64,000 nt of DNA from Psammoneis japonica (Eukaryota). A program made the position numbers and the translations under genes. Below the pieces are notes generated by a model. It saw only the letters and a program-made list of their open reading frames with translations. It was not told the origin of the DNA and ran no database searches. This document shows positions 1 through 12,800 of the stretch, piece after piece (the first letter of the stretch is position 1; every line of letters starts with the position of its first letter). The stretch spans positions 248,001-312,000 of the forward strand of contig QPGO01000069.1 in NCBI GenBank assembly GCA_008632985.1. The letters are read 5' to 3'.

Positions 1-337
1 CTTACGGCCTCTGCAATCTTCATCGTTGGTTTGCTGTTTTTGTGTGATGGAAAAAATACAATGTGCAGCGCATCTATCACGGATCACGGCCGGAGCGGAA
101 GCAGCGCGGACAACGTACAGACTTACGGGGGCAACAAAAATAATACCGGGCCAGTAGACTACATACGGTACTGTAGTCTACCGGCATCGGCGTTGAAAAA
201 AAAAACACCTCCTAAATCCGAAGTCTCCACAGTGCGATCGCGGGCCTTTTGCTCCCACATATTCATGGACGAGCTGTTGTTCTCCTCTGTAGAAGGCTTG
301 GACTTGTGTGTTCGTGAAAGCTTTTGGATCATCGACA

Positions 338-2507
338 ATGAAGATGAAGGTTCATAGGGCAGTTCATCCGTTCTTGTTATTCTCTCTGTTGGTTGGCTCG
401 GCCTTCTCGTCGGAATTGCAGCCAGTCTGTCAGGCTTCTGATGGCGCTTGTGGACCAGCCAAGGAAGACGACGACGATACATGCTCACTCTGGTTCTACG
501 ACTACTGGGTCATTGCGGGGAAGGATTATCCCATGGACTCTCCACTCGGGTGGAAGGATGTTGTGGTTCCCTTCCATCAGCGTGAGCAGCGCGCCTTTCC
601 CATGTACAATCGCTTCCACTACCTTTATCAGGTGCCAAACAAACCCCAGCACTTTCTCTTTGCCCCGGCCATGAATTATCCGTTCGAGTGCCACTCGGTC
701 CTTTACAACCTTCGGATGGACCCCATTGATGAGATGACCAAATTCAACCCGCCTCTCATGACGAGCTATGCCATCAAGGAGGGAGAGCCTCTATTTCAAA
801 CGTGCCGTCATAAGGACCTAGAAGTGAAATATGAGATTGGTGACTCCCCGACGTTTGATGAGGTTGTCGAAATGGGATTTTGTCTGGATGGCATGGAGAT
901 GAAGGCCTCTACATTGCCCGAGGTGGAGATGGGTGCCTTTGCTACAACTGGATTCAATAAGGGAGAAAGTCTCATGTTTGGACCGATGGTACACATGCAT
1001 CGATCGGAGTTCCTCAACAAGGAAGAGGGTGGTACCGACGAAGAACTTCTAAACTACGTTTACGGGCATCCAAAGACGGATCTCCTGCTGCTCCCTGTCA
1101 TGCCGGTTGTCAACTCCATTAACCACAGCCGAGAACCCAACGTTGCTGTCCGTTCCACACTGAGTGCAGAGGAAATGTCCGACTTGTTTTCCGGGCCGAC
1201 AGAAATCGCATTTGGAGAAACGGAGAAATCCAACCTCGAAGTCGTCTACATTGCTCTTCGGGATATCAAACCAGGGGAGGAAATCTTTCTAGACTATGGT
1301 GATGAATGGGTAAAGGCTTGGGAAGAACGCGATCCCAGCAAACCGTTTCGCAAAGAGATTGGTCTATCCAACTTCTTTCCGCGCTCATGGTTGGAAAAGG
1401 AAGTTCGAAACAAAAACTTCCGGGAGTTGGATGATACCAAGTTGAAGCCTGGAGAAGTGGCTCAGATTCGTCTCAAGACGGGAGAGGCTCTTGCCGCCCA
1501 TTTGCACCGAGTTGGCCTCCCCGAGGGCTTTGTCGAAAAGATGCGTGACTGGGCTGACAGAATCGGGGTGACGGCTATGATGGAGGACTACATTCTCAAT
1601 GGAAAAGCTTTGCCCCAGGGTGAAGACATTCGAGTTCGCATCAATGGCGGTACCTGGTGGATCAAGCGATTTCACAGTGAATGGAGCAGCGACATGCACT
1701 ACATTAGTCCTGATGACGATGAGAGTGTACGTATTGTGTCAATGGCTCCTGGCCGAAAGCTGAAGTGTTCATGCTCTAACTCTTTCGTCCCTTTTGCTTG
1801 CAACAGAACGAGCAGGTAAGCCGGGTCAGCGCGTAGCACTCGGGGGGGGGGGGGGGGCGGAGAATCAAAAAGGGATTTATGATCAGTTTTAGCTTTCGAT
1901 TGCTTTGTATGCTGTCGTTCTCACCCATGCTACCCTTTGTTCTCTGCTGGTGCAGTACATGGTTGCCCTCGGAGAAGCTGGCTGGGACAAGGTTCTCGAG
2001 GGTATGGGCAAATACTTTGATCTTTCCCGGTTATCAATGTTCTACCCGTCATTCATTGCTGTTTCGCATGCCCACTTTTCGTTCATGCACAGCGACTCCG
2101 AATACGAAAAGGTATTCAATGTCATTTTCCCCATCCGACAGGTTGACAGCCCTGCGGCCGAGATCAATCTAGGTTCCGACAAGACCTTTTCCAAGGATGA
2201 TATTCGGGTCCCATACCACTACGAAGATGATCACGCTGTTATTTTGGGACTGGATGGAATGCACGGTACGGCGCCGACCGACTACAGGGGAGTAGAAGGA
2301 CCGCAAAAGATGCGTCTCGTTGCGAGTGTCTACATGGGTGACTTTGATGATACGTTTGTGGACGAGTATGTGCACTATTGGCAAGATCCACCCTATCCCT
2401 TGAGGCACAATTTGCGCAACAGCCTCATGCACCGAACGCACTGGTCCGCGACTGATCCGTCGAAAAAGAGTGGCTCTCCGCAAATAAATTTTTCGGAGGT
2501 GGAGTAG
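338..2507 (+). CDS. Secretory-pathway SET-domain protein with a C-terminal 2OG-Fe(II) oxygenase-like domain; exons ~338-1726, 1807-1815, 1956-2507
   Basis: ATG at 338 followed by a hydrophobic signal peptide (FLLFSLLVGSAFS). SET motifs GAFATTGFNKGE, INHSREPNV, ALRDIKPGEEIFLDYG. GT-AG introns 1727-1806 and 1816-1955 join the ORFs in frame. The last exon has an H-S-D...H...R pattern. Confidence 0.8.
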
Positions 2508-2759
2508 GCCTGCGAAGGCAATAGTTCGAATCATAGTTTCAGAAGCTTTGTTATGCATTTCATTTCTGTAGGATTAACCAGCATTATTTTGTTGTAGCGT
2601 TTTATTATTGCTTGCATTGCACTCATCCTTTGACCAGATGCCTCGTCTCTTTTAATTGGTGTAACGAAGAAGTGTCCCGTTGCTTCCAAGCGCTCAGCCT
2701 GCATTTCCGTACTTGGGGAAGAATTTGACATTGTAGAGATTGCCTGGGTAGTTGGTGGC

Positions 2760-4690
2760 ACTCTTGTCAAAAATGAAACTCTTTCCAGAATCCTTGCTCA
2801 CTCACATGGCATTGGGGCCTCCCACGGCCCAGACTTCATTGGGAGATCGCCATGCCACGTCGGTGACACCGTGTCCTCCCGACTTGATGTCGGCCTCTCT
2901 TGAAGTCAAACAAATCTTTGGTTGCATCCAGTTCTTGGGGGCTGATGAACAGTTTTCCACCATTCAAGGCCATCCAGAGGCCCTTCTTGATGTCACACTC
3001 TACAAATCTCATGTTTTGGATACGATGTGGCCTTCCTCGATTGTGGGGGATCAAAAAGTCTTGACCGGGTTCCCTTGTCAAAAAGAAGTCACCGCAAATC
3101 GAAACAGCCAGGTGGGCTCTGAGGTCATCACAAACTTGATTGACAATGCTGCTGGTTGAGTGCAAGGCACCACTGACACCACTGCTGCTGATGCGATTCA
3201 ACGTGGCATCGATCGTTTCCTTGACTTGAGCACTCCAATTGCAGCTGGTTCCTTGCCAGAATGTCATTCATCCAAAAGCTTGAGGTGGACTGGACCAAGC
3301 CTTGTGCATCTTTGGAAGGGAGTGCACTGCCATTCTGAGCAACTTGGCGGGAACATTGGATGACACCAATGACTGTGCTCAGGCTTGTGCCATTGAGGAG
3401 GCCTTGAACATTCCTGTCATTCAACACGACGTGAAAAAGCCGGGCAGTCTCAACGAGGTGCCCCGCCATTTTGGCTCTCTTCTCACTCACCAAGACAACA
3501 AGGAGAGATGCTGCCGCTTCTCTCTGCATGATGGGAGATTGCCTCTTGTGATGGACATGGTGTCTTTGGCAATCTGCATGGTGTTGAGCATGCTCGCCAT
3601 CCATGCCTTGCCACTCATTGCACATCTGGAGACGATGCAGATGATGATGGCAACAAAAATGACAGCAACAACAAAGATGGCAACCAAGAAGCAAACAAGA
3701 AGAAGAAGGACAATTGGATGGCATCTCTCATCTGTCCCCTGGAAAACAAGCTTCTCCATCACACACAATGGGGCCAGAGCCATCATGCGTCAGGTTGGAG
3801 GAGCTGGAAAAGGAGAGGAGATGGCAGAGGCCAACATGTCACAGCGGCCAATGCTGCCAAGTGAGGTGGGAAGGGAGGCAGTGAGAAGAGCAGCAGTCAA
3901 AAGAGGGAGAGGGGTGGTGGTGAGGCAGGAAAAAAGAAGGTGAAGAGATTGGCCGATGATGATGTCTGCAAATGGGGAGTGTTGGAGTTTCGCAGCTTGC
4001 TGACAGGCACTCGTTTGGTCTCACCAACCCCAAACTTGCCATGTGGCTTGCAAACACATTTCCAATTGTGACAACATGTCCAGCATGTTTGCATGCTTTA
4101 CAACAACATTGGACCTCCACAATTTAGATCTGAGATCCAAGATTCAAACCCGCGATGCGATGCTCAGTCTCGAATCCCGTGCGATCGCGAACTCAAACAC
4201 AGCTTTGCACTTTTCTTTGGACAGCAGCTGCATCTGCTCATAAAAACTGCTCACAATTTTTCTAATGCACTGATTGTCACCTCTCAACTTTTGGCACAAC
4301 AAAGTTGCTGGTTGATTGTTGTGTCAGAATTGCAGCTTTCAATCACCTGAAAGTGCAGACAAGTCCCAGAGTTCTGGCTGCTTTCCCACATGCTTCCTCT
4401 GTGAAACCTGCAAGTTCAGTCAAATTGACCCCAACTCTAAATCTTGCTTTATTTTGCTGTCACCATTGTTGTGCAGACACTGCTCGAGCTGCCTCTGCTG
4501 CAGCTCCTGCCGCAGCACCCGCTGCTGCACCTGCACCTGCCAGAGCTCATGTCAGCGCTCCTGCCCCAGCTGCACCCGCTGCTGCACTTCCCAATGTGCA
4601 ACAACAGCCTGCTGTTGTGCCACCTGCGGCTCCACAACAACAGGCACAACCTCCTGTGGTGCTTCCTGCTGCTGTCCCAGGAGGAGGAGG
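2760..4690. other. TpA-depleted decayed insert of unknown origin between two genes
   Basis: Very few TA dinucleotides and TG/CA-rich. Overlapping Tyr-poor ORFs with no recognisable domain. Ala/Pro-rich low-complexity tract at 4480-4690. Confidence 0.55.
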
Positions 4691-4822
4691 ACCAGTTGGT
4701 ACTTAGCTAAAACCTGGCATGGCATGCACTCTCAAGCTGTTCGTCGCATTTTGTTCTGTGTTTTTTACACTTTCTTATCACATGTATCTATAAATGTGGG
4801 TTTCATGAATGGTGAAATATGG

Positions 4823-5970
4823 CTATGGGCATGCCATTACCTCACTGGAATTATAGCTTCTCCCCATATATGATGGTGGTTCGAGAGGGTCGAGCGGAAG
4901 CGAAGCAATGGCTTCTTGTTTCACATCTTCAATCACGGGCGAGAAATCATTCCCACACTTTGACGCTGGCCACTCGAGCGTGGCTGTGACTGGTCGATGA
5001 TCAGAAATGACGCCGTGTCCATCCAGATCAAGCTCTCCGCGGCGACAGTCCGTGACTCGAGTCCCCTGCGTATCTAGGTAACCCATACATAAAGCTGACG
5101 AGCACTCTTTTGATTCCGCCGACACGGCCCTTGCAAAGATATGGTCAACACTGACATATTCCCCACGATGTGTACAATGCGTCACTCCTAAATTCACCTT
5201 GCCTCCTGTACTGGACAGTGCCTGCTGCGCCCATGCAGATGCACAATTCACAAACCCTGGAGGCCGAGATTCGAGTTTGTTGGCTGCCAAGCCCTGAGAA
5301 TCGGAATTAAAGTCGCCACCAATCACTTCAAGCCGTGTAGACGGACCATCGTTACGGAATTTTGTTTTCTCGAGCGCTCTCACGACATGCATAATCTCAT
5401 AAGCTTGTCTCCTGTGATTGACGTTGCATCTGGACTGCTCGGAAACGAAAGATGAGCATTCGCAATCGCGACACTACGTCCTGAATTTCCTCGTTCTCTG
5501 CAATGCACCAATTGAGCTATTCGTTGTGGTCCCGTCAGGACACTTTGAGATTCCAATAGTTCCAATTTCCCCGTTTTCTTGACCAGCACAGCCATGCCGT
5601 CGTATCGCATTGGCAAACCTCCAAAGCCACCCGGTCTTCGTTCAGAAACGCGATGAAACAAGTGCCCCGTTGCTCTGTCAAATATATCACTGAATTCCTT
5701 CTGAAACCACCACTCTTGCAATAGAACTACGTCGGAAGATTCAAAGTTGGTGGCACAGAAATCGGCAATCGCTTCTGCACGTGGTCTCCACCATTCGTCG
5801 CGTTCGGATTCACGATGATTATGAGAATTCATCGACCGATGTACCGGCGCAAGCATATTGAAGGTTGTCACTGTAAAGGAGCATACTATAGGAAATATCA
5901 ATACTATAAGCAAAAGCGGAATGCATTGTCTTGTCGTCCTTGTTCTCGTCATGTTGTTGCTTATTCTCAT
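4823..5970 (-). CDS. Endonuclease/exonuclease/phosphatase (EEP, CCR4/nocturnin-like) family protein with N-terminal signal; apparent 1-nt frameshift near 5420
   Basis: Motifs TFNMLAP, DVVLLQEW, NAHL, GGDFNS, VDHIF and SDHRPV are split across ORFs 5380-5970 and 4823-5392. Confidence 0.85.
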
Positions 5971-6132
5971 TCTGACAGAAAAAAAAAAGAAAATGGGTTT
6001 GTTGGTTGTTGTGGCATCTTCGGTTTTCTCACAGACATCACGTCACTTCTCGTCCCAACCTTCCGACTTCCGGAAGTGGCAAGGTAGGAATTTCTACGTC
6101 AAATCACGTAGACCAAAAACTTTATTCGCGTA

Positions 6133-6641
6133 NNNNNNNNNNNNNNNNNNNNNNNNNNNNNNNNNNNNNNNNNNNNNNNNNNNNNNNNNNNNNNNNNNNN
6201 NNNNNNNNNNNNNNNNNNNNNNNNNNNNNNNNNNNNNNNNNNNNNNNNNNNNNNNNNNNNNNNNNNNNNNNNNNNNNNNNNNNNNNNNNNNNNNNNNNNN
6301 NNNNNNNNNNNNNNNNNNNNNNNNNNNNNNNNNNNNNNNNNNNNNNNNNNNNNNNNNNNNNNNNNNNNNNNNNNNNNNNNNNNNNNNNNNNNNNNNNNNN
6401 NNNNNNNNNNNNNNNNNNNNNNNNNNNNNNNNNNNNNNNNNNNNNNNNNNNNNNNNNNNNNNNNNNNNNNNNNNNNNNNNNNNNNNNNNNNNNNNNNNNN
6501 NNNNNNNNNNNNNNNNNNNNNNNNNNNNNNNNNNNNNNNNNNNNNNNNNNNNNNNNNNNNNNNNNNNNNNNNNNNNNNNNNNNNNNNNNNNNNNNNNNNN
6601 NNNNNNNNNNNNNNNNNNNNNNNNNNNNNNNNNNNNNNNNN
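6133..6641. other. Assembly gap (N run)
   Basis: Run of n. Confidence 0.99.
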
Positions 6642-7481
6642 NGCTGTGTTGTGGAAGGTGCTGATGAGCCTTCTCTCGAACGGTCTGGGGTGCAGCTCCG
6701 AAACCAGGTCAAAAAACAAAAGCAACAAACCGACGTCAAGGTTCAGTGGGCGTGGCAGAGGAGCATCTATGACAGGAGGCATGGTGACAACCTTTCTCAG
6801 GATGACCATTCCCAAGCAGAACCTTGTCTGTCTGGAGGTGATTGAGACTCACCCAGAGCCCAGCGGAACCAATCGGAGCCAACAACAAGTGTCAAGATGA
6901 ACCGCAGCAACATGTGAAGGAGGATGCAGCTGATGGAGTGCAGGCAGAGAAGGTGCCGGCATGCAAAGTGGCAGCATGGCTGTTGACAAGGCACCAGTTT
7001 TGAAGGTCTAACAGTGATGAACACAGTGAGCATTTGCCAAAAGCACGTTGCTGCCTGCCTCCATTTTGGCAACATGCAAAAACAGCATGTTGTGCATCAC
7101 ATGTAGAATTCAAACGGCGAGAGTGGCCTCTTGTGGAATTGTACATGATGACCCAGTCCTGGAAAATAGAGTGGTGTCCAAGTCACATGCACCATTTGAA
7201 ACCTTGCCAAGTCGCCTGCAAACAAATGCCAATTCGCTGACCTCTCCAACTTGAAACTAAAAAACTGTGAAAGCATGCCTGCCATCCAATTGTTGTCAGG
7301 TTTCTAATTTACAGAGAGCTGCATGATGTGTCTGTGTGTTCTAAAGATTAGACTGCACTCGAGAGCCAACCAAGAGGCACCATTCATGTCCATTGATGTG
7401 TCGTCCATCAGCAGGCCGTGGTTGCGTGGGTTTCCTGGTCCGCCGTCATCCGTCATCCATTGTGTTCCTTCCAAAGCAAAA

Positions 7482-7968
7482 GCAATGACAGTGTCAACAG
7501 TGACTGCAGCAGCAAGGGCAGGATTGACAGTGTCGGGCATGCCAGGGGGCCAAAACGCAGGTGCGGCGTTGGAATTCGTGATGGCATCTGTGGGAGGCGG
7601 TGGGGCGAGAATGAAAGAAGTGTGAGTCATTGGCATTTCATTGTGGACGTCGCTGGCAAAATGCAATGACAGCATCAACAATGCCTGCGGAAGTGAGGGC
7701 AGGATTAACAGCATCGGGCATGCCAGGGGGCCGAAACGCAGGTGCGGCGTTGGAATTCGTGACAGCATCTGTGGGAGGCGGTGGGGCGAGAATGAAAGAA
7801 GTGTGAGTTGTTGGCATTTCATTGTGGACGTCATTGGCAAAATGCAATGACAGCATCAACATCACCTGCGGCAGTGAGGGCAGGAGTGACAGTGTCGGGC
7901 ATGCCAGGGGGCCGAAACGCAGGTGCGGCGTTGGAATTCATGATGGCATCTGTGGGAGGCGGTGGAGC
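7482..7968. repeat. Tandem repeat, 181-bp unit, about 2.7 copies
   Basis: Units start with gcaatgacag at 7482, 7663 and 7844 and share gggcatgccagggggcc..aaacgcaggtgcggcgttggaattc. Confidence 0.9.
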
Positions 7969-8994
7969 GTGCAAACAACAGTGTGAGTTTGTGGCATCTT
8001 ATTTTGCACGTGTCACACCCACGAGAACCGGAACAATGACATCACCTGTTGCATCAGTGTTGTTGGCAACGGTGTCAGTGGGATCGGCATCCTGGGAAGG
8101 CGATGGGAAGAACCACGAGGCATATCATGGTTGAGTCGACGAAACGCGTGTTTTTTGTGCGGAGAAAAAGAGCTCCCGAAGTGCGCTTCCGACCCTCGGT
8201 TTTGGTGGTTAGAGTTTTAGGGGAGCTGTGGAACAGGAATTTTCACTTGTGGAACACACACACTCGTGTGGATGTCAACATTAAAACTCAACGCATGGCA
8301 AAGCCGTGCACGCACAACCACGCACACACACACAGCTCCCCTGCCACAGGGGTGGTGTCATTCCTTTCTGTTCTTTCCCTGCATGGAGATGCGCTCATTG
8401 TGGATTGGCATCGTCAAGGTTGACTGGAGACTCCTCTGGACCAGAGCAATTGGTGTGCAGGCAAGACATGGCACAGCAACCCCAATCGATGCACCCATCA
8501 AACAAAAACCAGGGGTCTCTCTCTTGCACATCAGAGACTCCTCATGAGGCATGACAAAGACAAAATCCCAACCGCCGTCTCAAACGGGATTTGAAATCTC
8601 TTTGACCAACACTCTCCATGACAGCACAGCTTTGGCATTGCAAGTGGGCAGTGCAGTCTGCACCAATGTTTAAAAACAAGAGGAGCCTTGCCTTGCAGCA
8701 CAAAGGCCAGCCAATCATTTCTTGTTGTGTGCGACCCTGTGGCTGGTTGGGCAGCCCAGCTGAGGCGTTGCTTCTTTTTTGCTTTTTCCAAGAGATGGGG
8801 GGGGGGGGGTGGAAGAAGAGGAATGGGTCGCTGTGCTCATGCCATGACAACCACACAAAAACACAAATCTGCTTCAATCAAAAGCAGGCTGTGGTGGGTG
8901 GGGGCAGATTGACAAGGCTCTGAGTGTCAGCCGAAGAAGCTCGCCCTTGTTCTCTGTCTCTTTCTTCAGCTTTTAGAGAGGCATCTTGCATTCT

Positions 8995-9214
8995 NNNNNN
9001 NNNNNNNNNNNNNNNNNNNNNNNNNNNNNNNNNNNNNNNNNNNNNNNNNNNNNNNNNNNNNNNNNNNNNNNNNNNNNNNNNNNNNNNNNNNNNNNNNNNN
9101 NNNNNNNNNNNNNNNNNNNNNNNNNNNNNNNNNNNNNNNNNNNNNNNNNNNNNNNNNNNNNNNNNNNNNNNNNNNNNNNNNNNNNNNNNNNNNNNNNNNN
9201 NNNNNNNNNNNNNN
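8995..9214. other. Assembly gap (N run)
   Basis: Run of n. Confidence 0.99.

Positions 9215-9282
<68 letters not shown>
9215..9282. repeat. (TG)n microsatellite abutting the gap
   Basis: Perfect tg repeat. Confidence 0.97.
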
Positions 9283-9285
<3 letters not shown>

Positions 9286-9899
9286 AGGGCTTTCCACCCA
9301 GAAAAACTTTGTCAAGACTCTCGGCAAGCACTGGCCTGCCGGGGAAATTCTGAATTTTCCAAAGCATGGACCCAAAGAAGTGGGCTGCAAAGTCAAACCA
9401 ATGGGCAGCCCAAGTTGCCTGTGTGCTGCAGTCAAAAACAAGCTTGTTCACTTGAAGGAAACAGATGTGACATTTTTGCCAGCTGTGCCAAGATCTGGCG
9501 GCTTTGTGGTGCACAGCTGTTCTGCAGACAGGCACTCTCTTTGCTTCCTTGCCCAGAGCTGAGTCAGCATGATTTTCAACACCATTTGCAACCCAGCAGT
9601 CAACAAGCACTCTTGTTTGGGAGGGTTGTTGTTGACAAAGGGCATCAGCCCCACTGCCAATTTCCTCTGGGGCATGTGCAGCTCCTCCTGGTTTGGATCA
9701 TTCAATGCATTTTCAACAGTGCACAGAGAGATTGGAAGCGATGCTCAGCAACTTGGTGTCTCCAACAAATGCTGGCAATTGTGACAAGAAGAAGCTTGCT
9801 CTCTTCTCACCAGATGCTCAAGCTCTGCAGGCAGACAGAGCAGAGTGAAAAGTGTGCTGCCTTGTTCAAGATCTGAGACAGAGGTGGGTGCTTCTTGCA

Positions 9900-12800
9900 A
9901 CACATTCACACATGATCGGACTGAAATTCTCTGCCAAGTGCTGACCATCGTCTGGTGATTTGTCAATCTCCACATTCAACTTTGACACCAAAAAACCACG
10001 CACCACCATGGCATTCGAGACGCAGTGTGCTCTGCCACTCTGCAGCTGTGAAGAGTTTGCTCACATTACGTTGTGAAGTTGTTCTGTGCACTGTGAAGTG
10101 CATTGTCATGGCTTGAAATTTTGATTTAAGGTGAAATGTCATCACGAGCATTGCAGCCAAAGTGATGGATGATTTGCAAGTCAAAATTTTGATCTCATGC
10201 ACAACCGATCTCCAGTCGAAGTTGTTGAAGCTGGATTTGAATGACGCCAAGTCATTGTTGAAGGTTTGCCCTGATGTGTCAAAGTCAGGGGCTTCTGTGG
10301 TGCTTCCCAAATGAGTTGTTGGATGCTCCAGCAACTTCAGAATCATTGACAGAAAAATCACTGATCACATTTTGCTCGGGAAGCAGCGCCAAGATTTCGA
10401 GCAGCAAAAATTCAAGAATGCACAGCGTTGGGAGAGGGAAGAATGCAAAAAAAAACACAAAGTGTTTGATGGAGCAAAAGAAACAACTTGGAGCAAAATT
10501 GACAGCATTGAGCAACAAAGATGCCACTCAGCAATCGAGTCCAGAGCAGACCCCTCCTGCACATTTTGTCACACCTCCACCCGCCAATTCCAGTTGCCCA
10601 TCAACTGGCAGAGCTCCACTGCAGAAGATGCCATGGAAGCAGAAGGGAGCATCCCAGCTCTCAGCAATGGCTCAACCCTGTCAGCTGCACCCACTGCTGG
10701 GAAGGAAACGGACGACACCAAGACACAAATCGCCAAGTTTGTTCGGGAGCTCAATGAGGCTTTTTTGTAGATGGCAGCACACATGACAACCCCAGTCAAA
10801 TCAGGAAGTGCAGCCCACATCCCTCTTGAGTGCTCCACATTGTGAATGAGAATGCAGGCCTTTTTTCCAGTGAGGAAAAGTGATGAGAGCTTGTCAGTGG
10901 TGGGGGTGTCAAGCCGCAGAAGAAGAAGCACAAAAGCGGAGCCAATGCACAGTTGGTTCATCAACAAGTGGACAAACAATCAATGGGAATGATGCATTCT
11001 TTGCTCTTGAGAGTTGCAAAGTTTGTTGACACAGTCTGGCATCCCGACCCATCAAATCGACAACCAGGTGTCCATGTTGTGCATTTTGTGTTTGGTGAGT
11101 TGTGCCAAACAACCTGCCAACGGCGGGCAACCCGCTTGCAACCAGTCTCAAAAGCCATTTCTTTACCTGCTGGCATCATCAAAGGAAGGAGTAAAAAAGT
11201 GCATGATGGCATGCTTGAATGCATTTCAATCTTCCAATCAAGAAGAGAGAGAAAAGCATGTTCTCGCTGCTCCATTCACAGGTGACAAGTTGAAGGACCC
11301 GGGTTCGAATCTTGCTGCAGAGATTTCAAGCCACATTGGCAAAAACTTTGTCAAGCGCCAAGGGCCAAAGACAAAGTCTTGCTTGCACAGTGATGTCCAG
11401 GTGGATGACTCGATGGATGACAAGCAATCAGATGAGGAAGATTGATCGACCTCATCCATTGGCAGCAGCGATCTTTGTTGCACCAGAACAATGCTTGCAG
11501 TGGTCACCTCATGCTGCAGACATCATTTGACATGTGCTGTTCCCAAATCAGTGTGCTGGAAAATCATTGAGACTGCTGGCTTGGCCCTCAAGGTGAAAAT
11601 GCCACAAGACCTGTGCAGCTTCCCTCTGAAGTCTGTGTTTGCCCGACATCATCGACAATGTCCATCCCCTCAGATGAGCTGAACAGCATTTCCTTTTCAC
11701 CAAAGTCCTTCCTTGCTTTGGCACTGTTGAATGTGTGCAGATCATGATTCAATTCTTCTTGCAAACTTGGGAGGAACCCTTGGTTGCAGTCCCTTGCCCA
11801 GCTCTCTTGAAGTGCCTCAATTGCATGCTCCAGCTGGGGTCAAGCTCCATTGGCTTCTTTCTGGCCTTGACAACAACACCTGTCAAAAAGGTCTTGCTCT
11901 GCATTCCTCCCCACTTTTTGGCACCATCTGGTGCAATTTTCCAAACTGTCTTTGACTTCTTGACACTTTTGCAAAACTCTTTGTCGATTTTCCCTTCCTT
12001 GCAGTGCTCATTGAGCTCCCCCTTGAGCTTCCCAATTTCTCCCACTGCATCCACTGCCAAACAGACCCCCTTCTCCAACAAATGCGTTCAATGGACACAG
12101 AATGCTTCTTGTTGAGATCAAACTGAGTGCTTTCCGCGTTCTTCAGTGAATCTGGCACCAAAAGGTCAACACCATCCTTTCCCTTGGGTTGCCTTGGATC
12201 ATTCAGATCTTCCACATTTGTGCAAAAACAATCACAGAAATCTTGGTCAATGTTCTTGGAGCGACTCAATCCAAAGCAAGCATCCGCATTGAGTGGGGTG
12301 CCAGATGGGCTGACACACTCCCCAACCAAAATGGGCTCCCATTCTCCAGGTTGTCCATCTGGGTGCCATTCCACGCAAGGGATTGCCGGGACTTTCCGGA
12401 CTGGGCCCTCCACAACGAGATTCAAGTCTTTGACACTCAGCAATGTCTCACAAAAAACCTTGTCAATGAGGGCCAGTTTCTTCATCTTGCCCCTGTGTTG
12501 CTTTGTTGCCCCCTTGATGATGAGACACTGGTTCAGTGTCAGTGCCATCGTTCGGCACTGGATGTGAGGATGGTTCAGGATGGCCCCATTGACGAAGTGG
12601 CCAAAACAATGCCGTTTGTCCCAAATTGTCCATCCCACAAATCTGTTGGCATGAATGAACTTCCCGGAAATTGTCTTTTGAAACAAGATTGCTTTCTCAA
12701 TGAGCTTCTTTCTTGCCAGTGATGCACACCACCAGTCAGTGAAAAAGTCGGCAATTGGTGACATGCACCCAGTGTGATGAGAAAGCACAAAACATGCAAA

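Noticed and set aside
5858..6845. Long ORFs spanning the N gap (likewise 8878-9876)
   Set aside because: Artefacts of translating N runs.
7482..7968. CRISPR-like array
   Set aside because: Long degenerate tandem units without unique spacers, no cas genes, eukaryotic context.
9215..9282. (TG)n tract as a converted (TA)n microsatellite
   Set aside because: Two-strand conversion would give a TG/CA mixture. A pure TG run is an ordinary microsatellite.
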